From assembly GCA_965112155.1 (NCBI GenBank), contig OZ218100.1: 64,000 nt of DNA. The stretch is one strand, 5' to 3'. The DNA comes from Podarcis liolepis (taxonomy: Eukaryota). The position numbers and the translations under genes are program-made. Shown here one piece after another: positions 28,535-37,382 of the stretch (position 1 is the stretch's first letter; every line of letters starts with the position of its first letter). The notes beneath the pieces were generated by a model that saw only the letters and a list, made by a program, of their open reading frames with translations, did no database searches and had not been told where the DNA came from.

Positions 28535-31524
28535 TTATATAGGTATATAGCTTTTGCATGTTATTTTATTATGCTATTTTCTGAAGTTCTTCTCCCCTCT
28601 CTCGCAACCAGATAACAGTACACTGAAGTGAGTGCCAAAGAAATTACTCAACACATTTTCACACCTGATAGCTATTCTCTGAATGGTTGATCAACTCATC
28701 CCCCCAGCTTAAAAAATAAAATAAAAATATATCTCCCCACCCCCTACTGCTGTAAACACACTGTTCAGTTTAGGACACAAGTCTGACTGGGAGCCATAGC
28801 ATCTGGTTTGGATCGATCCTTGGCCCTATGGGGGTCACACACTGTGATCAGGAGGAAAGGAAAGAAGACTTGGGACACCTTCAATAGTGCGAATCTATTA
28901 AACATTTTTAAGGTGTCCCAATAATTTTTTGTTCTCGCCAGTGACCAGTGCATCCTACCCAAAGCCTGAATGTGCCACAAGACTCCTTTCTGCAATATCT
29001 TTTAACAATCTAACCAAGAGCCCCTTTGGCATTGCCAGCGGGGACTGTGTGTCACTTTGCACATGCTCAGAGGCGCTTGCTTGCTACTTTTCCCGCACCA
29101 GGCCTGGAAAACAGCCGAAGCCTTTACTCAGAAGCAAGCCCCATCTGGTTCAGTGCAGCTTAGCCTCGAGTAACAAGCGCAGCCGAAGCCTCAGAGCCAA
29201 ACAAGCCCCGAGCACAAGCGAGTTATGTTTTGGAACTCAGCCCGGGGAACTCGTCTGGCCCGGAGGAAGGAAAAGGGAAGCGGAGCATCTCCTCGGGGCT
29301 CCATCCTTCCCTCAGGCGACTGAAACAGAAGAGGCATCTCTGCTCCGAGCACCCAGGAGAATGCCGCCTCCCTCCCGGGCTCAGGAGGCGAGCAAGACTT
29401 GCACCTCACGCAGCCGTCCCCGCTCAGCTAATGAAGTGACGCGGCGGGGGCAGCCCGTTCCCGCGCTTCTCTTCCTCCTCAGCGAGCGCCTTCGCAAGCG
29501 CCCCCTTTAGCCTTTTACGCGGAGTTCCCAGGCGGGCAGCCGAGCTGAGGCGGCGGGATTTGTTTCCAGGGAGCGGAGAAGAAACCCCCGTCCGCTGGCC
29601 GAGGGGGAGGCTGCGACCCTGGCTCTCCCTCCCTCATCTCCATAGCCGCTGAACCCGAGTCCCCCTTGCAAACGAGCGTCAGGAAGTCGTGGGGCTGGCT
29701 GTGCCTTCCCCCCTCCTCCCCACAGGATTGTTTTTCTCTTGCCCCCCCCTCAAACCCCACGAGGCCCCCCTTCTTTTAAAGGTGGCCTTCATACACACCA
29801 CCGTGGACGATGAAACCTTTTTTTTTTTTTAGTGGCCGGCGATCCTCCCCCCCCGTTCTTCTCGGACCAGAAGGGGGACTGAGCAGGGTCTCCAAAGTTG
29901 GAGAGGAGTTTTGCGAGGCTGCCCCAGGTGAACTCCAGAGATCACACCACACACACGCGTTGGGTTTTTTCTCTCTCCCCCCCCCCTCCAGTCAATTCAT
30001 AAATCATGACGCCCTTCTGGACACAACGGGGTGGCTGAAGTGACACCGGCTTCGGTCTGTCCGGTGTCCCTCCCTCCGCCCCTCCAATAGGGCACCGCGT
30101 GAGGAGATGCGGGCTTCTTTCCCACCCCAGATGCCTCCCTCTCGGGAGCCGGGGCACCGCTGCCCGCCGCCTCCCCTCCCCTCCTTATCCCTTCGCCAGG
30201 TTTCCCTCGGCGTTTTCCGCCTTCCGGATAAACTTTCCACAGCCTGCCGAGCGAGAGCGCCTGATTTCGCCCTCTCTCCGCCCGCTCTCCCTCCTGCCTA
30301 GGTACAGGGCACGTTTCCACCGGGAAGAGGAGGACCCGTCCTTCCTAGCTCCGACTATAGGCTAAGCCATGCATTTTACCTCATGCCTATAAACTCAAAA
30401 AGCGAGGATGTATGGTGGGGGGGGGGCGTCCTCTCCCCCCAAAAGACATTATACCCCCTCGAACATATATGTTCACAGAACCTCACATTTCCCGCGAGGC
30501 AAGGCAAGAGATGTATTTTACATCTCGTGGGGAACCGTTTCCTTTCGCAGGTCTGCAAAACTACGGTTTGTAAACCACGGAGCAGGTTTTCGAAGCCCCC
30601 GGTTGCCATTCAAGAGGGAAGACGCCGAGGAAACAGATTAGCTCCCTGCCATACACAGAAGCAGCCTATGGATTATGCACAACAGAGGGCGCGGGTGGGG
30701 GGGGGGGAGGCAAAGCACATCTCGTGAAAATGTGCACACAGCTAATACACACACGCACGGAGACTGCGTATGTGATGCAAATAGTTCTACATGAGGCTGC
30801 TGCTGCTCCGCCTGCTCCCTCTCGGACTGAACGCCGCCGCTCCGAGAGCTGCAGATCCCGCTCTCGATACGAAGCGGACAAGTAAGACTTTCGGAGGAGC
30901 TGCTCTAGGTGACACGGGCGACTCCAAAGAAGCGCCCTCGCTCCCCACCCCAAGGGATCACATCCTCCGTCCCCAAACTCCCCTGCAGTCATGGAGTAGC
31001 TTCATTCCTCCACAAACTCCGGCGGGGGGGGGGCGGAATCTTTTCATATTTTATTATGTCGGTGGTGGGGCATCGAGGCGGGGTAGAATTGCACTGCTTA
31101 TGCTATCAGCCACCTTTTAAGTTGCCCCCTAATCGCGATAGAAGAAACTCCCCAGCGGTCCTACCGATATGCGCCCCCACCCCCTCGCCAGCCCTGCACA
31201 GACCTGAAACCATCCCAGGGCTTTGCATCACGTGCACACCTTACAGCCCTAAATCCTGATAGGAAACGCGCCCTTCTTTACAGTCACGCAGACACAATCG
31301 GGGTGCAATGGGGATCCATTATCATCTATGAATGAGGTGCTCGCTCCCTTGCCCAGGACTCGGCACGGGGCTGCGGGTGCCCAGCGCTGCCCCTTTCATC
31401 TCTGCTGGGCTCGAGAGGGAGAGGGGAGAAGGGGCTGCATGCAGTTGCAATCTCGGGGAGCAAGAATAAACACTCCAGGAAGCCCTTGCAACGAGATAAA
31501 CTTTTGTTTTCGGCATCGCCTTAC

Positions 31525-31621
31525 CTTCTTTCGCAGCCTGTGCCTCCCCCGTGTGTGCAAAGCGAAGCAGCCAGACGCAACACAAAATAATCCATGAAGG
31601 GAGCCTACTTTGAAAAACCAT
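31525..31621 (-). CDS. EPHA7: Ephrin type-A receptor 7, coding exon 1 (signal peptide), 97 nt
   Basis: ATG at 31621 in strong Kozak context (gcaccATGG). Translates MVFQSRLPSWIILCCVWLLRFAHTGEAQAAKE, recognisable as the EphA7 N-terminus. Phase-1 donor AAG|GTAAGG at 31525/31524. Confidence 0.97.
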
Positions 31622-31890
31622 GGTGCATGAGGTGTTTAAAATATATCTAATTACATATATATTCGAGAGAGAGAGACTGTGCGCTGGTTGCTGTTGCTCC
31701 CGCTGCTGCCACTCGGTGGGGATTAAAGAGCTTGTTCTGTAACGTGTTTTATTTCGCAGCGCTCTTGCCCAGAGCTCGCTCTCTCTCCCCGGCTGCCTTC
31801 TTCCCCTTGCCCTACTCGCTTTTTCTCTCCGTATTTGCTGCCTGCGAGTCTCCGACTGCAGACCGGCCGCTCGCACCACACTCCAATAAT
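31622..31890 (-). other. EPHA7: EPHA7 5' UTR (upstream boundary approximate)
   Basis: Contiguous with the ATG. Contains GGTCTGCAGTCGGAGACTCGCAGGCAGCAAA and CTCATGCACCATGG, which resemble the mammalian EPHA7 5' UTR as recalled. The TSS cannot be fixed from sequence alone. Confidence 0.6.
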
Positions 31891-31950
31891 ATCAATAGGC
31901 GCGGGGGGGTGGGTGGGAGGAGGAGGAGGAGGAGGAAAGGGGGCCGGGCC
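31881..31950 (-). promoter_or_regulatory. Candidate EPHA7 core promoter (CCAAT motif, G/GGA tract)
   Basis: CCAAT at 31883-31887 (+), followed by GGGGGGGTGGGTGG(GAG)n and GC-box-like runs about 260-330 nt upstream of the ATG. No TATA box. Confidence 0.5.
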
Positions 31951-32246
31951 AAAGCCGGGGAGAAGAGCCCGTCCTTCAGAATGACTGGCAGGAGAGCCCA
32001 GCCTACGAGAAAGCCGGATTCCGAGTTCTGGAGGCACGGCTGGGCAATGAGTCGCTCGGACGGCGGAGGCGGAGCGAGGCGTCTCAGCCATTCAGCGGCG
32101 GAAGGTGTCAGGTTGCAGCTAGTCCCGGATTCCCCTTCTGGTGCTCGTATTCTTAGCGCTCGCTGGCGGGAGGCGGGCGTGGGTCTGTCTGAGGGTCAAG
32201 CTGCACATTTAAGTTAAGCGGACTTTAAAAGTGCGAGGCTGGAGCT

Positions 32247-33464
32247 GGCACTTTTTTTAAAAAAAGGAATAGCAGCTGATGAGCAGCTGTTACAAGGGAG
32301 GAGATCAAACTGCAAGGAGCAGCCTCCCCGTCTTCCCTTCCCCTTGCTTTGCGCTTGCAGCAGAGTTGGAAAGGAGACCTGGCAGAAAGCGGAGCGCCTC
32401 CTCTTCTGAACTCCGCCGCTTTGCCTGGGGTGCGGTGCCATCCCGAGCTCCTCGTTCTTCCGCATCCCCTCTGGGCACTGTGGCAGGGACAACTCGGCCC
32501 ATGGGGCTGCCTAGAAACAAAATGCAACCAGTCACCTCTGCCAGCCCCGCTCCCTACCCCTCCAGGAGGTGCCCCAGGCAGGGTTGGGCGTGGAAAGAGC
32601 AGCCAGCTGAACCTCTGGCTGGCTCACCTGCACTCTTGGTGGGGCAGTGATTGGGTCCCAAAAGGCCCAACCTTCCCTGCGAATGGGAGGATGAATGGGC
32701 TACTCCTATAAAGGGCCATCTTATTTTCTTGGCTGCCTCCCTCTGCATGGCCTTAATGGCCACACAAAAGTTGAGTGAGCAGGCAAAGATGGTGGCTGGT
32801 CCTCCAGTGAACAGTCAGTGCCCTGTTGTGTTCCCTTGTTCCTCTCTGAGTGGCTCTGGCGGTCCCAATCCTTCCTGCTGCTGCTGTAGCAGCAGCCAGT
32901 CCAAACTTGCAAGGGTGAATGGGCAGGTTCAGAGCAAGAAGGCGGCTGAATTATCACGGGCAGCAGCAGCCAGCATTTGTCCAATCCTTGCTACTGAGAA
33001 ACAGAAAATGAGCAGTTGTGGAGACAGGAGCTGCTTCTGCCAGAAATAGCCACGACCTCCTGTCTCACTGAAGCACAGAAGGAAAGATAAGGTTCACTCT
33101 CCACCACTGTGCTGCCCAGAGGAGGATTTGGAGAGGGTGTGTGAACTGGCAGAGGTGGCTGCTTACATTTTCTCTCTAGGCAGCACCATGGGCCAAGTTT
33201 GTGCTGACAGGTTCTCCAAAGAGAGCAGAGGTAAGAGCAGCCTCCAGTTTCTCTACCTTGAATGCTTCCCCAGCAGACTTCAGAGGAGGAGATGCCTTGT
33301 CGGGTAGGAGTGGGTGTTCCTGACAGCAGGGAATCTCTCTTCCTCCTTTCCAGCTTCTGTTGCAGGGCAGGAGGAGGGAGGCCAGGTTGCTGTTGCTGCT
33401 TAATCTTCACTCCTTACTAGCAACAGCTGCTGATGGGCTGCTTTTCCTTCAAAGTAAAAGTGGC
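32247..33464. repeat. Long degenerate inverted repeat upstream of the EPHA7 promoter
   Basis: 32491-32544 matches the reverse complement of 33146-33199 at 47/54 nt without gaps. Further colinear blocks lie outward to 32247 and 33464. Confidence 0.85.
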
Positions 33465-36032
33465 AATGTTAAGCATGTTTTCTAAAAAGCATGCACACTA
33501 TAATGCAATGTGTGTTGTTTGCTGCTGCTGCAGCAAACATGGAAGGACTTTTCCCAGCAAATAATAGACACAATCTGGTGTTCAATTTTTTTAAGCTGAT
33601 AGAGTGAGATTTGAGCGGATTTTGTTCCCAAGTTAAAGCCACTGAAACGGCTTTAAATAAAGTTCCTTGAATTATCTAGAAAACAACTTACATAAGCAAA
33701 CTCTTGTAGCATACCCTAACTCTCCCTATCTCCCCACTTTCCTGAACTTTCCCAAGAAGAACTCTCCACTCCCTTCAATTTCAGCTTCTCAAAAAAAGAA
33801 AAGGGAAAAAAAGATTATTTATATTGTTTGATATGTGGATTTGGCTCAATTTAAGACTTTTCTGTGGATCTGGGTCAAACTCACAGCTTTGAAACTAGTG
33901 GAAGTGTATGTGTACAGTACTATGTGCATATAGTTTAAAAAAAGAATCACCAGTTTTTCTAATTTTAGTCTTTGCAGATTGCAGTGTCCTTTTTGGCATA
34001 CAGAATAAAAGAACAAGAACATACAAATGAAATATTCTGGTGGTTTTTCTTTCTTTTTAAAAAAAGTGATAAGAAAAAACTATGTAACACGATACCGCAT
34101 CCGTTTGATCTGCTGGCTAAAAACATCTGCAATAAAACATTTGGTTTTGTTTCTGAAGCAGCCATTGCAAATATAAAACAACCTCTTTTGATTGTATGTA
34201 ATTCAAAACCTTTGTATACTTTGCAATTCTTTAAAAAGTAAAATTATTAACATTGGCAACCTTTTCAGTTTTATTACATTGCCCCTTTACGCCTTTCCAC
34301 AGCAGTTATGAAGAAACCAGTCAGACAACATAAATCTACTTGCTGTTTGGCTCCCCACCCCCTAACACACAACCAGAAACAAGAACTAATCGGATAAAAG
34401 TAATTTTGTTGTTTACAAAGGAAAATAAAGTTGTCAGTTTTTAAAAGTTCACTCCAGTGATGAAAAGCATGCTTACTCTGCAAAATCTGATTGTATTGGG
34501 GATCTTAGCAGTGCCCTTTGTAGGAATGGAATATATAACAAAATTAATTATTATTTTTGTCAAGAATTGCAAAAAGTTAAAGAATAGTTGTTTTCCACTT
34601 TGGAAAAAAGTTTGAAACCAGAGACGATTATATGTAACTGAAATGTGAAACTTAGTAATGAATTACTAGTAATGATTTTTAGAAGAAATATGTTTCTACA
34701 TTTAAAAGGATTTATTGTTGCATTTTGCTATGAAACCCAACCTTCAGTCTGTGCCCTTTTAAAAGATACTAAATGGCATACATGTTTATATCTTTGAAAC
34801 AAATGTAGTCAACTTGTGTAAACTAGAATTGCAGTTTTCTCTAACTGTAATATACCTTCACACTGTGGCTGGAGAAGTAAACAATTATTGGTATATAGAC
34901 AATGTTAGCCATACTCAGAGTAGACCCATTGAAATTAATGGGCATCAGTAACAGTATAATTTAGTGGGATACAACCATAGGCTGCGTTTTTACTATTATA
35001 CACAGGCATACTAGAAATATGCCTTTTAGTGTGTATAGGATATAACAATATAAAATACAATCCAGTCACTTTTAAGTCCACATGCTTAACTCTCCCACTG
35101 AATTCAATGGGACTTAAATGTGCTTACTTATATAACTGTTTACAGATTTCAAACAAAATCTCCGTTTACAAACTTTTCAATTACTGCAGTTATGTTTAAA
35201 TTAATACAAATAGAAAGTTCAAAGTGTTGTACCTGCCTTATAGCTGCTGGATAACTTAAGACACATTAAGAATACTATAAATACTTTCTCCCATTAAATT
35301 GGAGACTACATATGTTGAAATAGGATAGCACAAGCAGAATCACAGGCACGAGTAGAATTACTGCTTTATATTGCTCTTTATCTCCTCTGTGTGTGCATAT
35401 GTATTTGTGGAGGAGAAAAAACAACACTGAACTGGCCTAATCCCTGCCCTAACTAAGCATTCTTATCAGGAAGTGATTCCCAATGTAATCAATATTTCTT
35501 ACTCCTGAGTGAGCATGGTTAGGGTTTCGGTTTAAGTGTAAATTTGGTGGAGAACCTCAGGTCCAATACAACTCTCCAGACTTCTCTGTCTGGACTTTGG
35601 ACCTTCCCCTTCCTCCAGGCTACATCACTTACTGGCCTGTTCTATGCCTTCCTTAAGTGGTTTTGATTGGTGTGTGTTCTTGAACTGTGACAATTATTTT
35701 GGTTTGCCTGGGCACAGAGGGCTTATGTGTTTAGAATCATCTGACTTTTGCACGATTGGAATGTAGCCTATGGTACAAAGGTAAAGAGTCACACTTGTTG
35801 CTCCACCCACTTTACCTCTGGCCCCACCCACCACCAGCATTTGGCCCCAGATATATACTCACGAGACAATGGGGCCCTTGGGTTGAAAGGAGTCCTGGGG
35901 CAAGTAATTTTGCACAATTTAAGGCACCATTTTGTTATTTTACATCCTTTTCATAGTATGTTTGGTATTATAGTAGCAGTGACTCCAACATTGGTGGGAG
36001 AAGCACCTTGTCCTAAAGAGGGGAAGGAATCT

Positions 36033-36650
36033 TAGGGCTGGGCAATATGTGGTTTTCAACATCGTGATGTATCGCCAGCTAAACACTGTGATATATTGAT
36101 ACAGTATATCAAGTTGTCTGAAATAAGAATTGAACGATGTAGAGGCGAACAGTAGGACTGGGCAATACAATGGTACCTCGGGTTAAGAACTTAATTCATT
36201 CTGGAGGTCCGTTCTTAACCTGAAACTGTTCTTAACCTGAGGTACCACTTTAGCTAATGGGGCCTTCTGCTGCTGCCACCGCACAATTTCTGTTCTCAGC
36301 CTGAAGCAAAGTTCTTAACCTTAGGTACTATTTCTGGGTTAGTGGAGTCTGTAACCTGAAGCATCTGTAACCTGAAGAGTCTATAACCCAAGGTACCACA
36401 GTATCTGGTTTTCAACATTGTGATGTATCGCCAGCTAAACATCATGATATACCAATATATCAGTGTCTGAAATAAGGATGAAGCTATGTAGAGGCCTTGG
36501 CTGGCTTCACGGTTTTCCTCATGTTGTCATTGTTGCATAGCATACACACACATCATGATTCATGATATATTGCCAGGTCAAAAATTATTAAACCAGTATC
36601 ACGATATGAACTTCAAACTGGTTTTGGACAATATATTGATATATCCCCTA
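36033..36650. mobile_element. hAT-like element with duplicated left end, interrupted by MITE A
   Basis: Starts TAGGGCTGGGCAATAT and ends ATATATCCCCTA. Repeated GATATAT/ATATC subterminal motifs. The left segment (~115 nt) is present twice. Confidence 0.65.
36168..36401 (-). mobile_element. MITE family A, copy 4 (nested in a hAT-like element)
   Basis: TA|CAATGGTACCTCGGGTT...AGGTACCACAG|TA. Confidence 0.9.
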
Positions 36651-37341
36651 GAAAGGATCTTACAGCAGGTAGAGCTAGATACACTTTCTACTAAGCAGCA
36701 GAGACTGGTTTCCTTGGTGCATCAGATAAACTTAGAAGGAGCCTGAGTTCAGGACAGTTTGAGAAACACTGTTTGATCAAGTATAACTTCTTATAACAGC
36801 AATGAAACTTCACTAGATTCATTCCCTATGATGCTGTGCATTATTCTAATAAAGCTCCATTCCAATCGTCAATTTGCCGACCATACAGCAAGCCACAGCC
36901 CCATTGATTTTAATTAGCTGTACACTTCACTCATGATTAGTAGTGGGTTGCTGTCCTTAGCAATGTCACTCTCCCAAAATATATAAAATGAAAGAAGGGG
37001 ACAGAATAAAAACTTGCTGTTACTGGAGCTGCACCAACAATGTACCACAGTGATCCCAGTGCTGTATAGAATTTCTGTACATATCATGGAAATTGCTTTA
37101 ATTGTAAGAGCCTGACAGAGGTAAGCACTTTTTCCAAAGATTTATTTAATAACATATACCTTGTGCCTAGTTATCTGCTACTTAGGTTACTGACCAAGTC
37201 TGCATTGGCTTCAGTTCAGCAGCTCTTCAGCATCAAAGGCTTCCACTCTGTTCACTGCTCCTCTGGTAGGGATAAGCGTTCTAGGTGTTGTTATAGATAC
37301 AACAAAATGTTGCACAAGTAACATTAACGTACCTAAGGCTG

Positions 37342-37382
37342 TAATTAATTAATTAATTAATTAATTAATTAATTAATTAATT
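37342..37382. repeat. (TAAT)10 microsatellite
   Basis: Direct reading. Confidence 0.95.

Larger units (their letters stand above)
29090..32500. promoter_or_regulatory. CpG island covering the EPHA7 promoter, exon 1 and proximal intron 1
   Basis: Sharp rise in GC and CpG density against AT-rich, CpG-poor flanks. Boundaries approximate. Confidence 0.9.

Noticed and set aside
31322-31524. Continuation of the exon-1 frame into intron 1
   Set aside because: A strong GTAAGG donor at 31524 and an in-frame exon 2 explain the structure. The read-through peptide resembles nothing known.
28929-33410. Many overlapping 70-190 aa ORFs on both strands around the promoter
   Set aside because: Expected from stop-codon scarcity in a GC-rich island. 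Low-complexity P/G/R/A composition and no recognisable domains. Only the 97-nt EPHA7 exon-1 part is supported.
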